A stretch of 64,000 nt of DNA from Zygnema circumcarinatum SAG 698-1b. Its lineage: Eukaryota > Plantae > Zygnematophyceae. Location of the stretch: NCBI GenBank assembly GCA_037447605.1, contig CM074819.1, positions 1,200,297 to 1,264,296 of the forward strand, written 5' to 3'. Made by a program: the position numbers and the translations under genes. The notes under the pieces are model-generated. The model made no database searches and was not told where the DNA came from. It was given only the letters and a program-made list of their open reading frames with translations. This document shows positions 43,087-59,831 of this stretch, one piece after another. How positions within the stretch are numbered: the stretch's first letter is position 1; every line of letters begins with the position of its first letter.

Positions 43087-46000
43087 TCACGTCGTGCCCG
43101 TGTAGGGAAGGATTCTTGGAACCTTTATGAGCTGCAAAGGGAGAGAAAGAAGCAGCAGAAAGGAAGAGTTGAGAACATAATCCAGCAGAAAGCAGGATAG
43201 TTTGAACCACCCCTCGCCAATATTGCCATGCAGTGCCCACCTTCAACACAATGCCTATCCCCTCGATTCAGTCAGTCAGCAGACCTGAGGACAAATGAAA
43301 TAGTACAACCCCTAAGTAGTTCAAAGTCAAAGTAGGTGAAAGTCATGGGGGCAGCTAATGGGTGATCAGCGGTCGGTTTGGACTGTTTGTTACCTTGCGG
43401 AAGTATTCTTTTCTGAGTTTGATGGCTGTGACCACACAGGACGGCACGTCAATGTTGAACTCTACGTCGTTGAACATCTGAGACAGTCAAGGGGGCCGAA
43501 GAATATCAGTCGCAAAACAAACAATTTTGCAAGGAGGAAACAAACAATGAAGGCAGAATGCTCTTATATCTGGAAGGCTACATGAGGCTGATAAGTGAGT
43601 TGAGAAAATGTCCAAGTCCCCATCCAACACCACTCCTCACTCTTCTTTGCAAGTCTCTGCCTTATCATTTGCACAAGATATCCCACAAGTCTGGTCTATG
43701 CTGCCTATTAACATGCATTACATTCAGCAAACTACGCCTTGAAGCAAAAAACAGCCCAATGAGTACAACCGAAAAGCAACCTTTGTCTGCTCGAAACCGC
43801 ACCTTGATGGCATCTTCTGCAGCATCCAGCTCCTTCATCAGCTTTCTCCGGTTTTGGCGGAGAATAGCGGCCACGCAGAACACAGCCATGTCTTCATCTG
43901 CATGGCGGACCGGCCGCCATGGCGCCGTGGAAGCAGGCCTCGGCGCTGCGGCTGCCGCGGCTGCGGCAGTGTTCGCCCCTAATCGCCATATCCCCTTCAA
44001 GTGCGGCGTGTGAATCTCGGCCAGCGGCTCTTCTGGAAGGTCCAGCAGGAGGGCGCCGGGGGGATGCTGCAGCAGCCCTTGCAAGCAGAGCGGCTCGAAA
44101 TCGGCCGCCCACATCATCTGCAGCAGCCATGGCCTTGCAAGCTTCGTCACTCATCCCCTCCATCGTGCACCGTCAATATCATAATCAAGAGACAGAACAA
44201 GCAACAGCAGCAGCAACTTCGTCCGCAAGCCCTGCTTGTGCTTGTGCTTATGCTTCGCCCGCCTACCTCCCAGAGGAGGATGGCGTCCGGGAAGGGCAGC
44301 TCCCGGCGGAACATGACGAGCAGCATGCGGAAGGCGAACATGAAGGTGTCCGCCTCGAGGTCCCGCAGGCGGTCGAGCAGCGCGCCGTCCGTGAGCGCGA
44401 CCACCGCGCGCAGCGCCTCCAGCTGCCGCAGCACGCCCACGGGGCCCTCCACCAGGAACTTCTGCCGCTGCCGCCGCCAGCAGCCAGGGCCCAGGGTTCA
44501 GGGTGCAGAGGTCAGGCTCCAGGGGTTCAGGGTGCAGGGGTCAGGCGCCAGGGGTTCAGGGTGCAGGGGTCAGGCGCCAGGGGTTCAGGGTGCAGGGGTC
44601 AGGCGCCAGGGGTTCAGGGTGCAGGGGTCAGGCGCCAGGGGTTCAGGGTGCAGGGGTCAGGCGCCAGGGGTTCAGGGTGCAGAGGTCAGGCGCCAGGGGT
44701 TCAGGGTGCAGGGGTCAGGCGCCAGGGGTTCAGGGTGCAGGGGTCAGGCGCCAGGGGTTCAGGGTGCAGGGGTCAGGCGCCAGGGGTTCAGGGTGCAGGG
44801 GTCAGGCGCCAGGGGTTCAGGGTGCAGGGGTCAGGCGCCAGGGGTTCAGGGTGCAGGGGTCAGGCGCCAGGGGTTCAGGGTGCAGGGGTCAGGCGCCAGG
44901 GGTTCAGGGTGCAGGGGTCAGGCGCCAGGGGTTCAGGGTGCAGGGGTCAGGCGCCAGGGGTTCAGGGTGCAGGGGTCAGGCGCCAGGGGTTCAGGGTGCA
45001 GGGGTCAGGCGCCAGGGGTTCAGGGTGCAGGGGTCAGGCGCCAGGGGTTCAGGGTGCAGGGGTCAGGCTCAAGGGGTCAGGCTCAAGGGATTCAGACGTG
45101 TTGTTCAGGAAAGGGGCGACTGTCAAGATTTTGCTGTCAAAAAAAGGAGGGGCGAATGGAGGGGGTAGAACGCCGCTAATGTAAGAACGAGGTATGCATC
45201 TCCCTCGACCAAGCGTTGTGCTTGTGCTTTTGCAGAGGCATACCTCGCGGCTGATGAGGTATTCGAAGCACCAAAAGGCGTCGGCGTTGTCCTCGAAAAG
45301 AACCACGAATGGCGCCACAATGTCACACATGCCTGCAGGAGAGGGAGAAAGTCTCCGCTTCAGTCAGGTTGTTTGCAAGCACGAATTCTCGAAAGACTTT
45401 CTCTGCAAGCTATTCTGGCTATGCAAAACTATTCGTACAGTCATTTTCCCCAAATCTTTTACCACGTCCCATTTTTTTTTTTTTTGTTTTATCACTTTTT
45501 GGCAGAGGACGACATACCTTGGCAGTAGCCTGTTTCTGGGTCGACCCACGCATGCACCGCCAGAATGTCAGAAACTCGCGCCATATTGCTCGGCTCCTTG
45601 AAAAACTCCAAGTGCTGGTCAGTCCGTACGACATCCACCGCTGCTCCCACAAAATAAAAAAGTGAGTCAATCCTTTCTTCCTCTTAAACATTCGTATTTG
45701 TTTTTTTTTTTGGAAATTAGTTCGTCCCTAAATTTCTCTCCCAAACAGGGAAACTCCCTCACCTATTTTATGAAGGGTCCAAAGCCAGTCTGCAACTCGT
45801 TCCTCCGTGGCCTCCAACCCCAACGCTACCACAGGGTTCAGGACACTCTCTCCCCCTCTCTGCCCCTCCCTACTCCCTCCCTCTCCCTCTCCCTCCCCCT
45901 CTCCCGCAACTTGCCCCTCCCTCACTCTGCTGCTACTCGTACCTGCCTCGCTCCACGCTTTCCTCCTCGGACCCTTTCTCTTCCCCCCTTCCTCCTCCCC

Positions 46001-48148
46001 TCTCCCACCCCCCCCTCCCCCTCTCTCCCCCTCTCTGCCTAAACTGAGCCCCCCTGTGCTGGCAAGCCGGCTCAGACTTTTCCCTGCTCTCTCCCATTTC
46101 CCACTGTAAAGACCCTTCCAACTCCCCTCCGACTTCGTTTTTGCCACTCTCTCTCCTTCTCTCCCTCTCTTCCCTCCCCCTTCGTCACCCTCTTTCCACG
46201 CATTCCCTTCCTCTCGAAGGCTTTCTCCTGGAGTGAGGCCGAGCTCTCCCGACCTGCTTGTGATTTCCAACCATATCTCACTGAGAGTGAGAGTGCGGGA
46301 GAGCGTTGCTCCCTTTCCCTCTCCATCACCACCTCTCTCATCTATTACACACCGCGGACTCGATATCCTCATGTCTCCAAAGTAGTCCTCCTCCAGAGTC
46401 TGGGCAAGCCTTTCCTCTCTCGCTCTCTCTCTGCAATCGCCTCTCTTCTTCTCCCCATCACTCTCACCAACGGAGCATCTGTACCTGCTCTCAACCCCCT
46501 CTTCTATCCGCCCTTCATCCGAATGAGCACGCGCCCTCCTCTCAGCCGTTGGGACTCTCTCTCCCTCCCTCACACTCTCACCATTCCTCCCACCTCCTTT
46601 GCTTTCTTCGACCCCCCTCTGCTTCCTCGCCCTCTCTCTCCGTAGCGTCTTCCCACTTCCATTCATGTCATTTTCCTCCCTCTCCCCTCCCAGCCTCTCT
46701 CTCTCCCCCTCCGAACTCGACAAGCTGCTGTACTCCTCCAACTCCTCGCTCTCTCCCTCCTCCCTCTCCTTCTCCTGCCCCAACAAGCTGCTCCCATTGG
46801 TTGACTTCAAACGCATGAGCTGCCCCTTTTTGGGCGCCTCCTCTGAAAGTGCTTCTAACCTGAGGCGGGCCAGCGCTGTGACCCTCTCCCTCCCCTCTCT
46901 CGCTCTCTCACTCGCCGCCGCTCTCTCTCCCTCTCCCCCTCTCATATCGAGCATCTTCTCTCCCGCAGCATGTGCCAGCTGTCCCGTCCCCAAAGAGCTG
47001 TGCATCTCCCGGCATTGCTCCACCAGTTCGCTGTACCGCGCTCTGCTCACAGCACAGCGCGCATAGATAAGGGGAGAGGGAGAGAGAGAGAGAGAGCGAG
47101 AGGGAGAGAGAGGGAGAGAGAGGGAGAGAGAGAAGGAAAATGGGGGGGGGTGGTGAAAAAGAAGCGGAAGGAGGAGGGAGGAAAAGTAGAGTTAGAAGAT
47201 CAGCAAGAGGAGGAGGAGTTTGAGAGGATGTGTCTACAGTCAGTGGCTGAGTGGCAGCATGGTGTGCGCATAGGGAGGCCGAGCGATCCGTTCACAGCGG
47301 GGTCACTAGAGGCACACCTTCTCGCCTTCCGAATTGTGCTGCGCTCTTCGTGAGTGGAGTTCGGGGAGAAGCAGCCAAGCAGATACTCCCACACCTCAGC
47401 ACGAATGGAATCGTCAACTCCCTGCCGGCAGCCCCTCCCTCTCCCTCTCCCTCTCATCAGCCACTCTCTCTCCCGCCCGTGCTGTCTTTCTCTCTCTCCT
47501 CTCACATCCATTCCACCCATCTGCTGCTGAGTTTTCATTATCCAACCAATTGTCATTCTATCCTATTGTCATTCCATCCTATGGATTAGCGGGAGGGTTC
47601 AGGGTTTTAAGGGTTACGCTCTGACCCCTTCCAAAACGCGGGCCAACAATTTAGGGAGAGCGGTGAGCCGCCCGCTGCTGTCAAACGCCGCTCGCCATCT
47701 CTTCGCCTTCAGCCGCCGACTGCCATGGCCGGCCTGCAGCCTCCATGCGTCACTCACTCACTCTATCACTCTCTCGCACATACACTCCCACCAATTATCC
47801 CCTCCTCCGCCCTCTACCTCTTCCCTGCCTGTCCCTCTCCCTCTCTGCCTTTCTCATCATTCTTGGTTCTTGTTAACTTCATTGATCTCACACGACTGTA
47901 TTCGAGCACTGAGTACTCCCCCCTCCCCCCCTCCCTCCCTCGCCCCCTCCCTCCCTCCACCCCTCCCTCCCTCCACCCCTCCCTCCCTCCCTCCCCCCTC
48001 CCCCCCTCCCCCTCCCCTTTCTCACCTGGGCGCTCTCAACGAGGCTGCGGAGCTCCTCCCCGGGGGCGAGTTCCGGAGTGGGCGTACTGCTCCGGGAGGG
48101 GGGAAGCCACTCGGAAGTTTCCTCCTTAAACCGCCCCGCGCAGGACAT
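43087..48148 (-). CDS. TBC-domain Rab GTPase-activating protein (Gyp7/TBC1D15-like)
   Basis: GVDDSIRAEVWEYLLG, MHSSLGTGQLAH...VADWLWTLHKI, GMCDIVAPFVVLFEDNADAFWCF, FMFAFRMLLVMFRRELPFPDAILLWE and DMAVFCVAAIL. The start codon and last exon are tentative, and an upstream UTR exon is likely near 49150-49230. Confidence 0.88.
44490..45085. repeat. 29-bp G-rich minisatellite, ~20 near-perfect copies, intronic
   Basis: Unit GGGGTCAGGCGCCAGGGGTTCAGGGTGCA, itself a 14+15 bp internal duplication. Confidence 0.97.
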
Positions 48149-49797
48149 GCCTGCGAGGCAGAGGGAGGGAGGGAGGGAGGGAGGGAGGGAAGAGAGGGGG
48201 TGGCGAGAGGGAGGGAGGGAGGGGTAATGGAGAGAGTGGTCAGTCAGAGGGGCGGGAAAGGCAGAAAGGTAGAATTTGGGGGCGGAAAAGTGTGCGAGTG
48301 AGGCCGAGAGAGAAAGTGGAGTGGGGGGCTACGAAAATATCTTAATGCAAATGGAAATTGAAAAAAGCTGTTTTGAATGCTCATTATTTAAGCTCACAGT
48401 TTGAATGGTGGCTTTTTATGTGCTAAAAAAAATAGAGAGATCAATTTTCTGTACTGTTCCTATGAATGTGCGAGAGATGACGGACAGTGAGGAGAGCGAG
48501 AGGGATAGGAGTGGCAGGAAATCATTGGTGGATAGGGATTCACCTTTATGGTAGCTCACTCCTCTTTGCTTAAAAAAGCAAGGAAATGTTTCAGCGAAGT
48601 TTGAATAAGGGCCTGAGAGGGATCGAGAGGGAGAGCGAGTGAGAGAGAGAGAGGGAGGGGTGGAAAGGGATATGGCGAGAGAGAGAGGAAAAAGACCGGA
48701 GTTGTGCGAGAGGACGAGGAGAGAGCCAATGGGGGGAGATGGGAAGGAGCGGCGGGTCAGGCGAGAGAGACGAGGGGGGGGTGGGAGAGATACAGGAAAA
48801 AAGAGTGAAGTTGGAGCAGCGAGAGACAGAGAGAGAGGAGAGAGAGTGGTGGGGAGGGAGGGAGGGAGGGAGGGAAGGGGGGAGGGAGGGAGGTAGGAAG
48901 AGAGGGAGGGCGGGGAGGGAGGGATGGAGGGAGGGAGAGTGGGAGGGAGGGAGGAGGGGAGGGAGGGAGGGAGGAGGGGAGGGAGGGAGGGAGGGAGGGA
49001 GGGAGGCAGGGAGGGAGGGAGGGAAGGAGGGAGAGTGGGAGGGGAGGAGGAGGGAGGGGGGGAGGAAGGGAGGAATGGAGGGAGGGAGGGAGGGAGGGAG
49101 GGAGGGCAGCGGGAGAGGCGCCGGGAGAGTGCGAGTGTGAGCGTCGGCCTCTAGCCAAACCGCCCTCCGCCGACGCAAGCCCTCCCGCCAATGGGAGCCA
49201 CCCCCGCTCGCAACGGCCGACGGCCGCTCCATGAGTAAGGACGGTTGCGGATCTGCTGACGTGGCGGCGGGCGGAGCTGCCACCTGTCGCCCCGAGGCGC
49301 TGCCGGCCGTACAAGGGCCAGCCGCCCGCCGGGCGTTTATGTGGCGGTTGCGGACGGGCGTGACCGGGCGGCACCGACATCTGGCCGACAACATTATTTT
49401 GTCTGGTCAGGCGTTGGTAAATCGTAGGCGTTGAGTACACGTGTGAGTCGATCTGGAATGTGAACGTTTTTTTTGGGTTCGTACAGATTTGGCGCGACTC
49501 ATTGGGTGGATCTGGGGGAGGAGGGATAGATCTGAGCGGATACGACAGAATCTTGGTCGTTGACTGGTCAAAAATGTGTCGGGTTCCAAAAGGTCAAGTT
49601 GACCAGGATGTACGAACATATACGGCAGGCTGAAGTTGACGTGGCAGTGCCCTTCCGGATGCCACGAATGGTCCCTCTGGATTTGCCTTACGGTACGGAA
49701 CCGTTGGCGGGTTGTACTTTTTGTTAGGGGTGGCAAATGTCCGTACAAGTGACTTTGAGGGTTTTAGAGTTCAAAATTAGAACGTCCTAATATCGAA

Positions 49798-49938
49798 AGG
49801 AGAATGATGGACGCTTCCACATTTTTGGATATCCTCTCCCCCTGATTTCTTTTTGAGAGGCATCTTTTTGAGAGGCAACTCAAAAATAAATCAGGGGGAG
49901 AGGATATCCAAAAACGGGGGAGCGTCCATCATTCTCCT
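49798..49938. mobile_element. Fold-back MITE-like element (141 bp)
   Basis: AGGAGAATGATGGACGCT...TTTTTGGATATCCTCTCCCCCTGATT pairs with AATCAGGGGGAGAGGATATCCAAAAA...AGCGTCCATCATTCTCCT. No clear TSD. Confidence 0.7.
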
Positions 49939-50177
49939 ATGAAAAAGCTTCAAGAGTATAGCTCCGTATGTATCAAACGCGTGTATTAATACACTGTATA
50001 ATACATGCGTATTATACAACATTTAAAAATACAGTGTATTTTTAATGTATTTAACGTATTTTTTTTATTTTCGTGCTTAGTTGAACAAAGATTGATTATA
50101 ATATTGAAATTCCAGCACTTGCCAAGTCACGTCACTTGCCAAACACCCAACACGTGTGACTTGGTCCNNNNNNNNNN

Positions 50178-50704
50178 AAGAGAAAGAGTCTTCTTGTTGA
50201 TAGCATTTAGACATCCCATTCAGCCTAGCCAGACAAAGATTTCAGTGAGAAGACACTTTCATTGTAATGACAATCCCCAGCCAATCGCTGGCTGGGGTGA
50301 GTTTCCAAAACACAACCTTTATCTAAGCTGAGTCCTATTTTCCCTTTGCTGTCACTATGCCAAGCTACCATCATGTGATATCCTGCCTTACACTCCTCCC
50401 AATGACCGATGATAACTAGGAGTCTAGCGAAGAGAATAGCCGAAGAGAGGACAGGGGAAGAGAGCCCCCAAGGAAGGGCTCTTTGCACATCGAGTCCAGC
50501 CGCCGGTGGGAACATCTTCAGGATCCCTACGTCTTCCGCTGCGCGTACCTCTGAATCCCCCGGATCCTGGCTCTATGCTGCAGGCAGACCCAGAGCACCA
50601 GCACAACCCTTCATCAGTTTCAGCACGGACGCGCGAGTGGCCGTACAGCACCTGCAACTAGCTCAGCAGTCTCCCCTTAACCCCACTTATCTTGTGCTAC
50701 AGAG
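50178..50704 (-). mobile_element. LTR-like repeat (partial, next to gap), inverted copy of 57678-58023
   Basis: 50365-50704 is the reverse complement of 57678-58023 at high identity and ends ...CCCCACTTATCTTGTGCTACAGAG. Confidence 0.75.
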
Positions 50705-50801
50705 GCTTTCATACGACCGAATGGCCGTACTATTGTACAACCGTTCTAAAAGTGTTTTATAAAACGGCCTAACTCGTAAATTTTTTTGATTTGAATTCTA
50801 A

Positions 50802-51550
50802 GGGTGGGTGTCCATCAGCGTTTGCCTGTACCGCCACATCGGATTAGAGTCATGAAGGGAGAATTGCGGGTTCCATCAGAGGTTGCGCGAGCCAATCAGC
50901 TGACGCCACGTGGACACACTTACTCGTCCACCGTGGCCCACCGCGGTTACCGTACGTGCGATTAGGGTTAGGGTTAGGGTTCAGGCAGGCAGGCAGTCGC
51001 GTGCCGCCACCCCGACCTACGGTCACCGCGCGTTGGCGGCTGTGCGCCAGCGTGGCCGCCGTACCCCCGTGGCATCTCGAACGGATCTTCAACGCCACGC
51101 GGCGGCGCACGATTGGAAAACTCAGGCGTAGTTCCCCAGAACGGCTACGCTGGGCTGGCTACGCTGGCTACGCTGGCTACGGCTACGCGTACGCTCGAGT
51201 TACAGGTTACATGCTGCGGTTACGGCGGGGGCTACAGCGTGCGGGGGCTACGGTGTACGGACGCATAGAGCCCGAACTCGCGAGGACTCCACGTAGGCAC
51301 CACGTAGGCGCCACATAGGCGCCACGTTGGACAACCGATTCAGTCGTCGCATCGTGACCGCACATTGAGCGTGCGAAGCGAAATCGACGGCAGGCGGCGC
51401 GCTGCATGAAGTTAGTGAAACTCTAGTTCTGGGGAACTACGCCTGTACCTCCACGTCGGTCCTAGTCGGCGCCACGACGGCGCCACATCATCCTCCAAAA
51501 CTACGCCTGTACCTCCACGTCGGCGAAAAAACGCTGATGGACCCCCACCC
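50802..51550. mobile_element. Non-autonomous PIF/Harbinger-like DNA transposon (749 bp)
   Basis: TIRs GGGTGGGTGTCCATCAGCGTTT and AAACGCTGATGGACCCCCACCC match at 21/22. The exact TAA target-site duplication is at 50799-50801 and 51551-51553. Confidence 0.8.
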
Positions 51551-52560
51551 TAATATACGACACTGAGTAAATATCTAACATCCATCCCTAGCCATAGCCT
51601 CGTAGGGTGGGCGGCAGGACTGTAGCATGTACGAACGCTTCGCTAAAGTTCCATGTGGTCAATTGCGTTGTAGCTAGATAAATTTACGCGATGATTCGGC
51701 GCTCTGTGCTGTTTCACGCAGTTGAACTCCAACGGGTTCTATGCGACTGTGCGCCATGGGCTATTCCCGATTCGAACCGCCGCAATGCGCTGTAATCGTG
51801 AGCTGCCCACTTTCAGCAAACGATGAATTCGCGCACACATTTGCCCTTTCAAGTTGCCCTTGTGAAGGCGCAAAGGGCATGTTGAAGGTGAAACTCGCTG
51901 TGAAGCTCTGCAACATTTGGAGAAAGTCAAAGTACAGAAGGAAAACCCCCACGTGTTGTTTTCGTCTGAATGTAAGGTGTGAGAGAACGCGTATTTGAAA
52001 ACAGAAAACAACTTCCAGGGTTGGCAAACCTCAACACATGACGTGTCGTGTATTACATTCACTCCACTGTCTGCGAAAAAAAGCCCCTTTATATGACAGC
52101 CAATAGCAACTGCTGCCTTTACTGAGCTAGACAGGAGAGCCCCTCGTCTTCGACCTCGCCCCTAAAGAGCTTTTTCAGGATAACGGATGAAGCTCCCTCG
52201 ACTGGCACCATCACCTTTATTGGCACTCTCTTTGTCTCATCTCCTGCCGACCCCGCAGTTATCCTCTTCCTCCTCGACTTCTCTAAAAATATGTGTACAT
52301 TGAAAGAATGGCCTTTGGCCTCGATGCGGCTTCAGAGCTTTAGGGTTTGAGCACCTACGCAAGCTATGCTCTTAAGTCCTCTGTATGCTGTACAAAGAGC
52401 CTCATACGGAGTGATCACATGAGAGGATAATCACCTCCTTAAGGCCCAACTAAGAATATCCCTTATGACCCCATCATCCCCATGCCTTCTCCACGCCAAG
52501 GTTCGGAGCTTAGCTCAAGCATGCGTATGCGGACGGAAACTGGAGCAGTAACTGGTGTCC

Positions 52561-57256
<4,696 letters not shown>

Positions 57257-57677
57257 GGCTAGGGTTGGCCTGCAGCGCGGGCTTGCAGCAGGGCGATCCG
57301 AAGAGAAGCTGTGGCTTTGCAACCTCACAGAGAGCGAGAGGGAGAAAGAAAGAGGGCGAACGAGAGAGGGAGAGAGGGAGAGAGGTAGGGAGAGGGGCGT
57401 CAAGGGGGAGGGGGGCAAGCATGGGAACCAAAGGGAGTGTTTTCAGGGACAAAGGGCCTTCCTCTGAATGTCTCAAACTGCCTACGTGGCGGCTTTCCAT
57501 TGGTTATTCTTGTCTGCAGTTCGCCATGAAGGCCGGCCCTCGGGGGGCGGCGCCTCGGCGGGCGGGCGGGCGGTCTGCACGTGCGAAAAGATCTCATGGA
57601 GCGCTCTCGGGCCGCCACGTGGAAGTACGGCCCACGTGGCAGGCCGCTCGAGGCGGCGCGGAGCCGCAGAGTTTGGG

Positions 57678-59831
57678 CTCTGTAGCACAAGATAAGTGGG
57701 GTTAAGAGGAGACTGCTGAGCTAGTTGCAGGTGCTGTACGGCCACTCGCGCGTCCGTGCTGAAACTGATGAAGGGTTGTGTTGGTCCTATGGGTCTGCCT
57801 GCAGCATAGAGCCAGGATCCGGGAGATTCAGAGGTACGCGCAGCGGAAGACGTAGGGATCCTGAAGATGTTCCCACCGGCGGCTGAGCCAGAGCCAGAGC
57901 CAGAGCCCTTCCTTGGGGGCTCTCCTCCCCTGTCCTCTCCTCGGCTAGTCTCTTAGCTAGGCTTCTAGTTATCATTGGTCATTGGGAGGGATGCAAGGCA
58001 GGATAGAACAAGATGGTAGCTTGNNNNNNNNNNGATGCGCAGGATCATGAGGGTATGGGGAAAGGGGAAGGGGCTTGGTCGCGCTGGCTATAGCCAGAGG
58101 CTGCACCATAGGGGCTGCCCGGACGTCCTGAGCAGGGATGCCGGAGAAAGATGGCTTGTTCCTAGAAGATGTAGCGTAGGGATCATACAACTGCTGATTC
58201 TGTGTCTTCAGGAACTGCTGGTAGAGTCGATCTTGTCGTGGATCTGTAGCATTCATGTAATGTGGTCGCATATGCTCTGCTATGGCTCCTCTCTTTGATC
58301 CTTCAATTCGCTCTTCTAACAAGGCCCGCATCTCACGGGTGGGTTGTCGCTACCACGAACATCCAGTGGAGATCCTCGCTGATGGCCTTGCGAACCAATC
58401 GAGAACTTCGAAAGTCGCAAGTTCTCGACCAGATTTGCCATGCCAAGACAAAACGCTTGAATTCAAACAAAATGGGCCATCATCAGAGATTCTATGTAGC
58501 TAAGTCGGTTCAAAGACAAAGATCGGATCCAAATCCAAATTGTCCGAAGCCTTGCTTGAATGTGTCCTTGCCCCGGGTGCCGACGAAGAACTGGCCATGA
58601 AAGCGCTGGGACAGCTTCCAATTGATCGCCTTCCTTCCGCAAATACCTTCCAAGGGCCGCCTTTGATTCAATCGGGTTCCTCCTCAGTCCGCTTGTGCCG
58701 CCTTCTCTCAAGGTGTCTCAAACGGCTGCTTCCTCGCGATCTTCCCCGCTTACCGGGTGAAGCTTTCCCCTTGTGATGATGCCCGTGGTATCCCCTCACC
58801 TCACTCTTTTCAGGAATCATGGCTATCAGTTTTGTCATCATCTCTTCCATCTTGCTGGGAAACTCAGATCTGATACGTGTGCTTCTCTGCAGGTTGGTGC
58901 GAAAGCAGGAGGGTCCTTGCGATCGTCCTGCCCTTGCCCCTGAAGCCGCTTGCCTGGGACTGCCGGATGGGTAAGTTGTGAACGCCGGAGGGGTGAGGTG
59001 CCTTCCCAGAATCCCTTGCTCGGCTGTGAGACCGCGCGTCAGCCGCTGTGGCTTGAAGGGACTCTCGGTGCAAGAGTTATCCGGATCGAGATCCCGCGGG
59101 TTCTCGCCTTCTCGTGGGCCGCTGTGGGGACCTCGTGTTCGAACGGCATCTCCTCTTCACTCGCGACCGCGTCGCGGATGGGGCCAATGCGGGCAAAGTT
59201 TAGCGGGCGCTTGATCATCCGGGCGCGTATATTGCCGCCGAGTTTATGGCCATCACTGCCTAGATGGAGTCGCTGCAGCTCTTCAATCGAGTCGATCTGC
59301 TCAAGGTAAGCCAGACTGGGATAAGGGTTCTCTTCGGTGATGCCCATCTTCGCCTCTCTGCGGATCGCTTTTCCTTCCGAACTGGATCCGTCCTGGATTC
59401 CGACGTCAGGTTTTCCTTGAGTCCCAAGTCTTTATCTCTGACACCATGAAGACCGCTTGTCCCTCTTGTTGCGCCTCTTCATCCATGGCGGTTGTGACAC
59501 GGGTCACAGACGCAAGCAGAGCCTCACGTGACGGGCGTACGCGGATCCGCAAAACCTTCGCCTGGCTACCAAGATAAGTGCTAAGAGGAGATTGCCGAAG
59601 TAGCTTCGTAGGCCGCACGCCACCGCTGGGCCCGCGGCCGAACCGACATGAAGGCCGTGCTTGGTCTCTATGGGTCCGCTTCGCAGCATAGAGCCGTGGA
59701 CCGGGAGATTCTCGCTGTACGCTGCTAGCTGAAGCATTTTAGATCCTCGGCATACCTCTCACCGGGCGTTTGACTCCGGAGCGCAAAGAGCCTTTTGCCT
59801 CCCCTGCCCTCCCCCTCGCTGGGTGTTCCTT
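57678..59831 (-). mobile_element. Degraded LTR retrotransposon (host element) with frameshifted gag-like interior
   Basis: Direct repeats at 57678-58023 and 59570-59831. A PBS-like sequence follows the 5' copy, clearest in the duplicate near 61480 as TGGTATCGAGC (cf. TGGTATCAGAGC, tRNA-iMet). Broken ORFs lie at 59039-59347, 58668-58850 and 57972-58331. Confidence 0.55.

Noticed and set aside
43919-45184. Repetitive 421/392/221 aa ORFs on the plus strand
   Set aside because: They read through the 29-bp minisatellite, antisense to TBC exons.
45728-47050. Long Glu/Arg/Gly-rich stretch as a separate novel protein
   Set aside because: It lies in frame between conserved TBC motifs (MHSSLGTG and DWLWTLHKI) and is a variable insertion in that gene.
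50560-50700. Peptide PFISFSTDARVA resembling an ADP-ribosyltransferase motif
   Set aside because: It is a short chance match within a non-coding LTR repeat, with no extended ORF.
57678-57760. tRNA-like or SINE start GGGCTCTGTAGCACAAG
   Set aside because: There is no B box or cloverleaf. It is better explained as an LTR terminus (TGTAGC).
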